Origin: Amoebidium appalachense
Lineage: Eukaryota; Protista; Ichthyosporea
Assembly: GCA_963693365.1 (NCBI GenBank)
Contig: CAVNZM010000004.1
Span: 1,919,449-1,983,448, forward strand
Length of the DNA: 64,000 nucleotides
Direction: 5' to 3'
The position numbers and the translations under genes were made by a program. The notes below the pieces were generated by a model. The model had not been told where the DNA came from, searched no databases, and worked only from the letters and a program-made list of their open reading frames with translations. Below, piece after piece: positions 32,688 to 45,486 of the stretch (positions are counted from its first letter, which is position 1; each line of letters starts with the position of its first letter).

Positions 32688-33740
32688 AACAAAAAAGGGC
32701 AAAAGGAGAAAAGGAAACAAAAAAGAAAAGCACCAGAAAAGCAACGCCCATACCACAAGCACTGTCCTGCCCCACAATCTGTCCCTGATTGGAATTAACG
32801 CACCCCTGTACTCTCTGTGTGTGGCTAATGCTATGTTTGTCTGCTGCTAATATGCAGAGCACATCCCACTCACTCACGTGACCTGCCCATATGTTTTAGT
32901 ATATGCTCGCCATCCCCATTTGCTTTCTTGTGCTCAATTTACACCCACCCCAGTCACTATTTGCCGATAGAGTCCTTGGAAAACGTATTCCGTTTGGTTT
33001 TTTGTGTTCCATATACACCTCCCCTAGCTAATATTTGCCTGAAGCCTGGAAACTGACTCTTTTGTCTTTGCAGGGCCCATGGACATAGACTCACTCGAGC
33101 GCCTACTTCACGTCTTCTACCCCACCTCCACCACCGTATTCATAGCCCTGGGCTCAGCACTAGCGGTCATTTACATTATAGATGTTGCCGTTCGTTTGGA
33201 AGCCGACAAAGGCATGGCCTTTGTTTTTTCTCTTGCAACAACCGCACAGTTTGGATTCATCTTGCCGATATTCTACCTCGTTGTTGCAGAGGTTATGTTC
33301 CAAGGGTCGCGCGAACTTCCCTCCCTTTCTCTTTGGCAGCTTCTTGTATGTTCAAACTCTGTCGGTGTTATGGTCGCCGCACCTTTTTCCTTCATAACCC
33401 AGGCAGGTCTTCTTCTTATCATGCTATTTAAACTTGTTCGCACCATTGTTGTGGCAAGTGGTAACGGGGTTCAACAAGGGCGAAACCGAATGGGGATGGG
33501 AAATCGCGCACAGAGGGCTGCAGAGGAGATGTGGGAAGACCAGGTAGACCCCTATATGATGGTGGATGAATTTGAGAACCCGTTTGCGGCTGGGGATTGG
33601 CGTGGCAAGGTTGTGGAGGTGTTTCGTGATATGCCCCCACATGCTTTCAGGTTTGTGTCTGTTGTCCTCCCCCCCCCCCCCACCCCCCCCCCTCTCCAAA
33701 AAAAAATTTTTAAGAAAAAAATTGTAGGCGTACACACACA

Positions 33741-33791
<51 letters not shown>

Positions 33792-33961
33792 ACACACACA
33801 CGCACGCACGCACGCACGCACGCACGCATGCACGCACACACACACAAGAACACAAACATTGATAATACAGTGCTTGCATTCAAGCTGATGCACGTACACA
33901 CCACACTATCCACCCACTCAAGCGAATGCATGCCTTCGTCCCCCCTCCCCCCAGCCCCCAA

Positions 33962-33993
<32 letters not shown>

Positions 33994-34178
33994 CACACAC
34001 ACACACTTACCTACTTTACCCTCCCCCCCCCCGCCCCTCTCCCCCCCCCCCCCCCCCCCGCGCCAAAAAAGAAAAAAAAAGCTATAGGTGTACACACACA
34101 TACACACCTGCATATCCCCCCCCCCCCCCCCCCCCTCCCCCCCCCACACACACACACACACACACATGCACGCGCACG

Positions 34179-34237
<59 letters not shown>

Positions 34238-34340
34238 GAACACAAACATTGATAGTCCAACACAGTGTTTGCATTTAAGCAGGTGCACATGCACACCTAA
34301 TATCCACCCGCTCAAGCGAATGCCTTATTCCCTCCTCCCC

Positions 34341-34371
<31 letters not shown>

Positions 34372-34777
34372 ACACACACACAACCCCTTCCTCCTCCTCC
34401 TCCGCTCTTTCTCATATGTGTCTCCGTCTTTGCCAGGATGACTTTCTGGTTTTATCGTTACAAACATACACGCACATTCAGAATCTAGGTCCTCGTTATA
34501 GACATGCATACACCTTAAGGTGGAAAAACACGGGAGCTCTCCACATGGTTGGGTAACCCAAACTCCTGTACGGTTGTGCACACACGGTTTCCTCGTCCCC
34601 TGCCACTTTGTTTCTGTCACATCCCCCTACACACGTAGGTTTTTTTTTTCAGGTACACACACACACGTGCGCGCACGCACATACACGCGCACACACACAT
34701 GCACACAGACAATAAAGGTTGTATCGTGCTGTCATTTATGAATGTGTACTTTGTGCTTCAACGCATTCCAAGCCTCT

Positions 34778-34834
<57 letters not shown>

Positions 34835-34930
34835 TCCTCCCTCCACCTCCCCCGCCCCACACACACCACCACCACCACCACCACCACCACCACCCACCCT
34901 TCTTCGCCTCTTTTTTTCTCAGGGGGGGGG

Positions 34931-34975
<45 letters not shown>

Positions 34976-35594
34976 GACATCACCACCACCACCAACACCA
35001 CCCCCCATCCCTACCCCCCTACGTCCACCACGAGAGAAATATATAGACACATGCATACACCTAAAGCATACGTGGCACTGAACAACAACAAATGCATGAC
35101 CATGCAATAACACCCACTAAATCACAACCAAGCACAAGCCTTGAAGTTCCTCCCACATCCTACTCATCCATCACTCCCTAGCAGATGGAACACACACGAA
35201 TACCTCTGCCGTCTTCTACTCCGTCAATACGACGAGAACCACCACGCACCCACAGACCTTCCACGCCAACGCACACGCAAAAACTCCACACCAGCCGAGG
35301 ACTGGGGTTGTGGCTCCTGCCGTGTTCGTTACGGTCACTACGCAGGCCTATTGTGCAACCATTACAAACCCACATATGAACAAGTAGGCCCGGATGAGAT
35401 TCGTGGGGGGTGGGGAGGAGTGTGCCGTGTGTATGGAGCCGTTGAGTACGGGGCAGGTGGTGTGTACATTGGGGTGTGAGCACACGTACCATGCACAGTG
35501 TGTGTTCCGATGGCTGATTATCTATAGTGGGAGTTGCCCTACGTGTCGCCAGCCGGCGGATATTGTGACTGGCGGCTGGGATCATGATGATTAG
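31208..35594 (+). CDS. RNF103 (KF-1)-like membrane-bound RING-H2 E3 ubiquitin ligase
   Basis: Exons 31208-32249 (N-terminal hydrophobic segment, SAP-like LSSKQIRMLL…REEIVE, thioredoxin-like region), 33074-33650 (several TM segments) and 35185-35594, with RING-H2 CAVC…CEHTYHAQC…W…CPTC. The last exon needs a +1 correction near the G6 run 35405-35410 or a small intron. Family assignment is from recalled domain architecture. Confidence 0.7.
33715..34400. repeat. About 370-390 bp tandem duplication inside an intron of the RNF103-like gene
   Basis: CACACAAGAACACAAACATTGATA…TATCCACCC(A/G)CTCAAGCGAATGC occurs at about 33841-33929 and 34231-34323. Confidence 0.8.
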
Positions 35595-36993
35595 GATGGG
35601 ATTTGGTGGTGTTCTGTTTGATTTTGTGATTTGTGCGAGTGTGTCGTGTTGTTCACTCTCCAGAACTCACGGGCGTATAGTAGTTTAGAATTAGTAATAA
35701 TATCGAATCTCAAACAGGCATATAGGCAGGCACATCGCAAATTTTTGACAAGCCTTATGCCATTTTGTTGGCACATACTGCATTGTTTTTGATGCCTGGT
35801 ATATGATCGAATGTCTTGCATCTTATCATAGGAATCTTTGGGGTATCCTAGTTTTCATGGTGTGTCGAGTATAATTTGCTGCCTTTGAACGCGCGGTCCC
35901 GTTTGCCGTGCTCCGAACACCGTATAACATAGGCTTCTGATGATATTCAATTTTTATGATTTACGGCCAGACTCAGGCTGGCCACACTGCAATGCAGATG
36001 CCACCAACAAATCAAAAGCTGTACTGAAATGCAACAAGGTACTAAGAACATGATCACTGTAAATTTTGATTGTACGCATGAACCTACAGATCAGTAGGTA
36101 GTGGGACCGATCCCCCCCCCCCCCCCCTCTCCCACGGGGCCTCCCTCCCACGTACACGTGCACAAATGAAAACTCCTCACTCACACCGCATTCGCTTGCT
36201 ATGTATTTGTGTGCACACCCACTCAAATACACACACGGGCGTGCACCCACAAAGATTGCCACTTACTCCCCTACGGTATGCGTAGATGTTTACCCGTTGG
36301 AAAACAAAACAACTTCGGATATAGTGGTTATGTGGCTTGTGGGTGACGGACACTGTGTGGCCCAGCGTGGCTGGGTGTTCGCATCGATATCATGTCAATG
36401 GTGTATGTATGTACGTATAGGTGGATGCATTGTGGGTGTCGACATGGTTTTGTGGGTGAGGGGGGGGGGGGGGGGGGGGGGGGGGGGCTGCACACATACA
36501 CGCGCGGGGTAGACACACACAATTTGAAACATGTGCGCTACATAGGCTCATAGGGACACGTGTGAGAGCACAACCTAAGTGCACGTGTGCGTGCGTTATT
36601 TTTCCCCTTTCTGTTCCAATTTTTTCTTTTCTTTTTTCTTTTGAGGTGACTGTCACAAGAAATCCTTGAACAGGGCAATTTGTCTCCCCATGGGCCAGAC
36701 TCCCAAGACAAAGCTGCATAGTGCTGAGCTTCATAAACACGGGCTTATGAATACTAAGGGCCACCGGCTACCATAACGCACTTACATATGCACTTCTACG
36801 GTATCCACTGTGAGCTGTACAACTGTGGGAGGCCGGTGATGGTGTGTGTATGCTGTGTGTATGTGTGTAACCAACTTTTATTGTATGTGTGCGTGCACGT
36901 GTGTGTACGCGTGCAAGTTCCTGTAGGTTGCATGGTTGACTGGTGTTGGTGTACACGCATGCTCTGTGGCGACAGGGTGTTGGACGGAAGGCG

Positions 36994-37048
<55 letters not shown>

Positions 37049-37138
37049 GAAACATCAAGATGGTGGATGAAAACGCAGTTGGGGAAGCCTTGCAGGCCTA
37101 AAGGAGCAATGCTGGGGGACTTCGGAACAGTTGCAGAA

Positions 37139-37173
<35 letters not shown>

Positions 37174-37326
37174 AGCAGGGGCAAGACTCCAGGATCCCAG
37201 ACATTTCGAAAATCTTAAAAAGAATCACATCCCATATATAACACCACCATGCACATCTCTGACGTGCTACTTAGCTGGAAGCGCAACTCCAAAAAGACAA
37301 ACGCAGAACCACAAAAGGTGTGTAAC

Positions 37327-37361
<35 letters not shown>

Positions 37362-38961
37362 ACCCCACCCCGCCCAAAACACCATTACCACACAACAATA
37401 CACACCAGCACGTCACCCAACCCACAGTTTTCTTCCTCTGTATCCCTAAATGTATCCCCCTTTCCTCTCCTTCCCCGTCCCCCCACCCCACCCCCCCCCT
37501 CCCCCCCCCCTCCCCCCCCCCACCCCCACCCACCCACCCACCCACCCACCCACCCATCATAAAAAAAGAAAAGAAAGAAACCCCCAGCCTGCACCCATCA
37601 GCTGAGGGGTGTGTTGTACATCGTGGTCAAGTCTACGAGTGCGAGTGCGGACAAGGAAAGTACCAAGCTTGAAAACAGCAACAGGCTCAGAAAAAAATAG
37701 AAAGAGTGTGTGGGCGTACACGTGTGTAAGTGGCACACGTTCGTTCGGGCAAGTGCGCTTCCACATGCTGTGGCAAGCAGATCTGTGCTTTAGGGCTGCC
37801 TACGTAGCAGTCGACAAGCCAAGAGATGTGCTATTCGTTACAATGCAGCCTGCAGCCAGGTGATGCCTTCACACGGGTAAACAGTTGCCAAGGCTTTGGT
37901 AGGCTAGTGCCGGTGGCAACGAAGAAGGGCATGGAACTCCATGAGCACAACATCATGAGCTGTACAAGTAATACAATTAGATCCTTATATTCACACGTGA
38001 ATTTCGTGTATGTGCGCCAAGCACCATCCTCAGCTTTATCCTCAACATATGCATACCACCTTACAGAGTTGTGAGTTTTATTCTCAAAGGGAAAAACAGA
38101 GTTGTGAGTTTTATTCTCAAACCTTCACATGTGTCAAAACACAAAAACTTCTGTCGACATCTTTTTGACACAAAAACTTCTGTCGACATCTGCGCATCTG
38201 CGCGCAGCCACGGCCCTCTGAAAAAAAGAAGGGCCGTGGCGCAGCTCATCTGCGCATGATTTCGCAAACGGCCGCGTGACCTTCGCTTAGGTGAGCCGTT
38301 TCCTATTGGTTCCGGGTGGGTCATTTTGAGGAGGTGAGCAAAGGCTATCCACATGGAAAAGCAAGAGAAAGGTGGTCGCGGGCATCAATACTGAAGTAGA
38401 AAACACTTTATAAAACATATATTTTGTCACAAATTATACTAGTACTCCCAATAAATACGCAGCAACTTAAAGCCTGTCATTGTTATAATGGCGAGCTCCA
38501 AGCAGATGATCTGGTCCCCTTGCCAAACCTTGTTTGCACGCCTCCCAAAATACCTTCCATACATGGCTAGCAGCAACGGTAACAGCCAATCGCATGCTAT
38601 CAGTCGCTTTGGCGCACTGGTTGCACTGCCACGCCGCTTAAAAAAAAAGCGCACTGGCCGACTGTGCTTCACACACAAGGCACAGAGTCCCTGGAAACAC
38701 AGTTGCAACAACTTGAAAAAAAAGGACTTTTTGACGATACTTTGGTAGTGTCGGCTTCCTTTTGCTCTTTCAAGGTGAGCAATGAATGATTTGTGCTACT
38801 TGCGTGACATTGATAATTAGTGAATATGTGTGCTAGTGACCAACATGCTTTCACTTTGGTTGAATCTAAGCGATGTTGTTCTATGTCAAATTTGCAGACA
38901 TGTCAGTTAGGTGGATAGTAGGCAACATCCAAGCTGTTGGCAATGACTGACACGCGCGCAG

Positions 38962-40227
38962 ATGTCTGCCGCCCACAACATCGATACCAACTTGGTCACT
39001 TTGACCCGCCACGTCATCGATGAACAGCGCAGGGTCCCCGGGGTGGGTCATCCCTTTCCTCTAGCTGCACTTCATCAGTTGAACGAAACCTGTTTTAGAC
39101 ACTCGGTGTGGTCGTTTTGCCTTTTATTCTTCGTCAGAATCCGTTATATATTAGATGCCCTTTATCATGCCATATAATCCTCCACTCTTTGCCTCTAAAC
39201 ATCGTTTGACACTTCTTCCAGTCATCCGGCATCCCAGTGAATATACCGCTGCTTGTCAGGACCTTGGACTTGCATCTATCGATGTTCCCGCCTGGGACAC
39301 GTACATGCCACTTGTACACATGTCCACAACACAGCTTAAAAGCTACTAAAACACGCGCACACACATGCACACAACACTCACACGAACACACCAACGCTTG
39401 TTCCGAGTGTGTGTCACACTCCTGTGAATGTTACCTCTGTTCTGCTTATGCCCTACCACGCATCTTCCTCACATCGCCGATGAGATATATCGTAAGCCCA
39501 GAGTTAGAACAAAGTGTTATCAAAGCACATCGATTTTTTACACCTTGAAAGGTCTTGTGTCGGAAAGGATTCTTAACCTTTGTCATGTATGTGTAGGCCA
39601 CTGGTGGCTTCACGCTGGTGATGTCTTCCATCATCGTGGGCTGCAAGTTCGTTGCCTCCTCCGTGCGCAAGGCTGGTCTTGCCAACCTGTATTTCCCCCC
39701 CCTCCCCCCTCCCCTCCTTCCCCTCTACCCCAACCCGCCCCACACACACACACGATAACTCTATCCCTGTCCTTACCCCCCCCCCTCCCGCTGCCCCCAC
39801 CAGTTCCCTTCAGGATAGCACTTCTTGGCACAGCTTTGTGGCCAGGCAAAATGTCCACTGTTATTGCTTAGAACGTTCTTAGATGTTCCGCTCCTTGCTC
39901 GATAGCCCGGCGACCCATTAACACGGGTTCTGTCCCAGGCCCTCATTCACATGCTAGCTCAATGGCTTTTTAGGCCCCATTGCCCCACCGCCCTGCCTCC
40001 ATAAATTGACACGTGGATCTATCGGTAGCTTTTCATCGTGAAAGTCGGAAGGGCTGAAGCCAATCACGGTATTGCAAATGTGTTGCCCTACGTGAGGGCT
40101 TTGAATTCACTTTTTTCCGTCTTACTGACTTTTTCTTTAACCAGGACCGGTCTTGCTGGTGCTGTTAACGTTACTGGTGACGACCAGAAGAAGCTGGACG
40201 TGCTGGCTGTACGTTCTAACCTCCCTC

Positions 40228-40281
<54 letters not shown>

Positions 40282-41698
40282 CCCCCCTCTTTTTCTGCTT
40301 TTGTTCATATCTCTGCCTTTTTCCCTGTCACCTCCCGTTACATCCCCCCCCCCCCCCCCCCCCCCATCTGGTCCGTGTTGCGAGCCAACACCCCGGAAGG
40401 AGAAATCCTTTACTTGCCGTTACCCTAGAACTTTCCCCATGCACGCTTTCGTCCCCCCCCCCCCCCCCCCCCCCCGGTGCTTTCATGCACCTATTCCCCA
40501 AAGCCTTTCATCCCGCACTTTTCTTGTTCTGTAATGTACACCCATACCTTCTAGCTGTTTGCTCCTCCATGCCAACCCCCCGGTGTTAAGAGACCACCGG
40601 GAATGTACCTGTCTTGTGCTTGCATGCCTCTACACCAACACTCAACCAATGCTTGCTTCTGTAAGAATGTTGGGCTGCTTCGTATGTTGTGTGTACACAA
40701 TCTGGTCCTACGGACTGCATTTATCTGTCTCCCCCCTCTCACCCACACCACACATACACGGTCTCTCATTTTCTCCCTTGCTTCTCCAAGGAGTTTAGCC
40801 CCCCCCCCCCCAAAAAAAAAACAAAAAAAAACACCACCCCCAATGGGTACTCCAACGGGGAGCTCAAATACACGCGATACGGTACACGATCACTCGAAGG
40901 ATAACTAGGTTTGTTTCAATCGTCATCCCCCCACCCACCATCACCACCACACCCACCACCACATACACATACACATATCCACACATGGACGTACAGTCAA
41001 TGTCCGTGTCTATCTTTCCTGTGTTCTGAAAGCAAGGTATGTGACCGAGTCCATTTAGTTCTTTGCCTTCCACAGTGCTGAGCAGCGAAGAAAGATTTGT
41101 ATAGCAGCTGTGGTCCGTATTAGGTATTGACGGTTTCCTAGCCCTTGCTTCCCTGCCTCCCCCCTCCCCCCCCCCCCCCTCCCCCCCTCCCCCCTCCCCT
41201 CCCCACCCCTCCTGCACAAATTGACCCTTTTTGGGCACAGGACGATGTGTTTATCAACGCCATTGGCACGTCTGGCCGCTGCTCCGTGATGGTCACAGAG
41301 GAGAGGGAGGATGCCATCTTCATCAAGGTAACCCTCCCTCCTCCCATCCCCCCCCCCCCCCTCCCCCCCCCCCCCCCCCCCCCCCGCAGATCCGTCCATT
41401 CACCTTTCCCTACTCCCCCCCCCCCCCCCCCCCCCCCCTTATCCGCCCATCCTCCTCCCCCTAATACCCTCCCCTCTCCCCTCCCCTTGCCTTTAGTGTG
41501 CTAACCATTCCAGCATGGTTTGTTTGATCCTCTTTTACCCTCAACTACATTCCCCCCCCCCCCCCCCCCCCCCTTACTATCCTCCTTTTCCCTCTGTTAC
41601 CCCTCCATGGCCCATGCCCATGCCCCCATCGGCTTCTCGCCTCCCTATACCTGTTTCATAACTGCAGCCGAATTCCTAAATCTCCCAACGTCCCTGTT

Positions 41699-41730
<32 letters not shown>

Positions 41731-41772
41731 ATCCGTTTGTTCTTGTGTACTTCGTACTTTTTGACGCATTCA

Positions 41773-41808
<36 letters not shown>

Positions 41809-43024
41809 TCACACCCTTTCGCCCCCGGGGTTCCCCTGGGCCACCCCGGACCTGAGTTTTATCCACGACACAATTGTTGTCAAACCCCCCCACCCCCACG
41901 CCCACCCCCTGTCCCTTTGTACACTGGCAGCCCTGTTAATCACAACCGTATTTCCCCGAATCATTGCCCCAGTTGTTTTATGTCCCTTTTCTTTGTGAAC
42001 ACATCTGCTTTCTTCCTTCTTGCTCTGTACCGGACACGGGCCAGAATCGATCGGGGAAAGTCGACATGGATTGCATCTTTGCACATGTATGTGCAAAGAT
42101 GCAATCCATGTCGACTTACGTCTGTCTCATGGAAGTACCTCTTGCACACATTGTCTTTCTCACTGTTTGCACCATCAGGACCACAGCAGCAAGGGCACGT
42201 ATGCCGTAGTGTTCGACCCCCTGGACGGCTCCTCCAACATCGACTGTGGTGTGAGCATTGGTACCATCTTCGGCATTTACAGAGTCGTATGTCCCCCCCC
42301 CCCCCCCCCCGGGCACTTCTTACTCTGTGACACATTCTAACTTCCCTCCGCACTCCGTGTTTCTTTTTGAGAGTTCACCGGGTGTAAGCATTTGCCGTGG
42401 CACCTAGTACACTGCATCTTTAATACTTGGCGCACTGCAGGTCGTTTCACATCCTCTCTTAACCAACCCACCCTCCATATGCCCTTTTGAGTATTGCCCC
42501 CCTCTCCCGACCCAGGGGAGGGGGGGGGGGGGGGGGGGGGGGCACCGTCATCAGCCGACTGTGTCTTTGCTGCTCATTCACATTCGACCAATTGCCTCCC
42601 ACTACACACACACACGTCATCCTTCGAGGAAAGGAGTAAATGGGCTATAAACATATATATCAATTGGTGTGGGAGCTGTGGTTCCTACTTGGGTGTTGGG
42701 CGGGGGGAAGGGGGAGGGGGAGGGGGGATTGTAGAGGTGGCTGTGTGTGTGAAAGGGGCACTCTGCATATATCCTGATGGGAAGGAAAGGTCCAACATTG
42801 ATTCATGGGAGAGGATGAAATGAGAGATTTACGGGCTCTGTAACCTGTCTGGGGCAAGGATGTGTGTGCCATAAAGGGTGGGATATTTTGGAGAGGGTGG
42901 AGGTGGTGGTGTGTGTGTGTGGTGGTGGTTGGGGGCGGGGGGGGAGAAGGGGGGAAAGAAATAAATATTCTCAAACTAAGACTGTTGTGTAATGTGGCTA
43001 CATATCAGATGATGGATAGTAAAA

Positions 43025-43062
<38 letters not shown>

Positions 43063-43850
43063 CATGGGTTGAAACACGGGTATTGCGGAAGGCTTTGGGT
43101 CCCGTGGGGATGGGCCGTACCTATGATGCATACTCTCAGTGTGTGCTTTGCAAACCTACAATGTGTTGTTTCTGGTGAATGTGGACTTCGTATTTCGGTA
43201 CACCCATCCTAACAAGACCCCACACTTTTTGTTTCTCTCTCTCCCTCTCTTTCCCCCCCCCCCCTCCCCCACCCCTCTCCCTTTACTCTTTCCTTCCCCT
43301 CCCCCCCCCCCCCCCCTTCTTTTCTCGCCTGTAGGAGGAGCCATCGTACACGATCAAGGATGTGCTCCGTCCAGGCAACGAGATGGTGGCAGCAGGCTAC
43401 TGCATGTACGGCAGCAGTGTCAATCTGGTGCTGAGCTTTGGCAACGGTGTGCACCACTACACCCTCGATCCCTCCCTCGGAGAGTTCATTCTCGTCAAGC
43501 CCTTCGTATGTTTCCCCCCTGACCCCCCCTCTCTTCTCCCCCCCGGTTGTGCTCGGGCTCCTCCCTTGAGGTCTGACATGCCTGTGTGTCATTGGTTGCT
43601 TGCAGCAAGGACACCTTGGCACTCTCCTTTCCTCAGCCTCGTGTCACTGATGACCAATCCACTCATCCATAGTTCACCATCAACCCTCCCTTCTCATTTG
43701 CTCACACCTGCACATACACAGATCAAGGTCAAGGAGATGGGCCAGATCTACTCCGTCAACGAGGGCAACTACTGCTCCTGGGACGATGCCGTGAAGGCGT
43801 TTGTCGATGAGTGCAAGATGAACCCCCCTGACGTATGGAAGCCCCCCCCC

Positions 43851-43904
<54 letters not shown>

Positions 43905-44013
43905 AGCCCCCCCTGGTGATGCATGCTCTCTGTATGCTCTTTTTGCAAATTCTACATCGTTTGTCCGCCGTCAATGGGTATTGGCTACGCCAAACCTATT
44001 CATCCCCCCATCA

Positions 44014-44044
<31 letters not shown>

Positions 44045-44058
44045 CCCCACCACCAACA

Positions 44059-44114
<56 letters not shown>

Positions 44115-45486
44115 GGACGCTAAGACAACTCTCCGCGCACACACACGTTACCACCTCAACCACTGAACTCCTACATAGACGCTTATTTCACTCGCAGCTT
44201 CTTTCATCTGGAAAGAAGTGAAGGCGGCTCACATACTTTTTCACATGCTAGTGCACCCAATTAAAAGCAATCCTCTACACATACAGGCACTTTCACTCGG
44301 TTTCTCAGACATCCAAAATCTATTGCCATAACACTTATGGTTCTTACTAAAAACTGACGGGGCGCCCTCTGGGGAGGCGTGGGGCCCGGGGGAGGGGGGC
44401 GGGGGGCGGATATGGGGGGGAAAGAGAGAGAGGAGGGGGGGGGGGGGGGGGGGGGCTCATTGTCATAAAAAAGATAAATGCGATGCACATCTCCAATGCT
44501 CATTTTTTTATTCACCCTGCAGGGCAAGACATTCAGTGCGCGCTACATCGGGTCAATGGTTGCCGACATCCACCGCACGCTGCTGTACGGAGGCATCTAC
44601 ATGTACCCCGCAGACAAGAAGAACAAGAACGGCAAGCTGCGTCTGCTCTACGAGTGCTTCCCCATGGCCTTCCTCATGGAGCAGGTATACATCACCCCCC
44701 CCCCCCCCCCCCCCCCCCCCCCATCCCCCCACCCGCACACACACACACGCACACACGTTCTCCCCACATCACACATACACTCCCCCCCCCCCCCCCCCCC
44801 CCACCTTCCCCACATGCACGCACACACACACTCAGACAGACAGACACAAGCCACACACACATCCTCCCCGCTTCAACCAGATACACACCCACCCGCGCAC
44901 AATGAGAGTCTAAGACACAGGAAGACATCCCCCCTGCCCCCCCCCTCTCTCTCTCTTCTCTCTTTCTCTGTCCCTAGCGTTCTCCCTCCCACCCTTCCTC
45001 TTCCATCTCGGTTTTATTAAGGCGATTGCCCCCCTCCCCCGCCTTCCCCTCAACTCCTCCCCCCGTTGACAGTCATACTACACAGTCAAACACACGCACA
45101 TAACTCCCCCTCACCCCTCCTTCTCCCTTGTCCCTTCTCTCTTCCCCCTCTTCACCCATTCCTCTCCTCTCTCGCTCGCACTCTCTCCCATTCACACGGC
45201 GTCACCAATTTTTTCCTTTATGCCGAATGCAACCGTTGCATAATCCGTTTGGTTTGTCACAAGCGCTAGATGAGAATAAACCAAATGTTTGGATCACCTG
45301 TACTGCGCACTCAGTTCTATTTTGCACACACAGGCCGGAGGCAAGGCCTCGACCGGTACACAGCGTATTCTGGACCTTATGCCCACGGATATTCACGGCA
45401 AGGCCCCCGTTTTTATCGGCAGCAAGCGTGAGGTTGAGCGCATTGAGCAGCTCTACAGGGAGAAGGGCATCACCCAATCCCAATAA
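38962..45486 (+). CDS. FBP: Fructose-1,6-bisphosphatase class I, 9 exons
   Basis: Exons 38962-39042, 39597-39688, 40145-40208, 41241-41327, 42179-42286, 43335-43505, 43722-43832, 44523-44684 and 45334-45486 join in frame with GT-AG ends; motifs [65 protein letters not shown]. Confidence 0.97.
41731..41774 (+). mobile_element. 5'-truncated copy of the poly(C)-associated short repeat
   Basis: 44/44 identical to the reverse complement of 14192-14235 and flanked on both sides by long C runs. Confidence 0.85.
42058..42117. repeat. Perfect 29-bp-arm palindrome with 2-nt spacer, in FBP intron 4
   Basis: AAGTCGACATGGATTGCATCTTTGCACAT-GT-ATGTGCAAAGATGCAATCCATGTCGACTT. Confidence 0.95.

Noticed and set aside
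38962-45486. Non-canonical splice sites or an alternative genetic code in host genes
   Set aside because: All assembled FBP introns are GT-AG and the exons translate without internal stops in the standard code.
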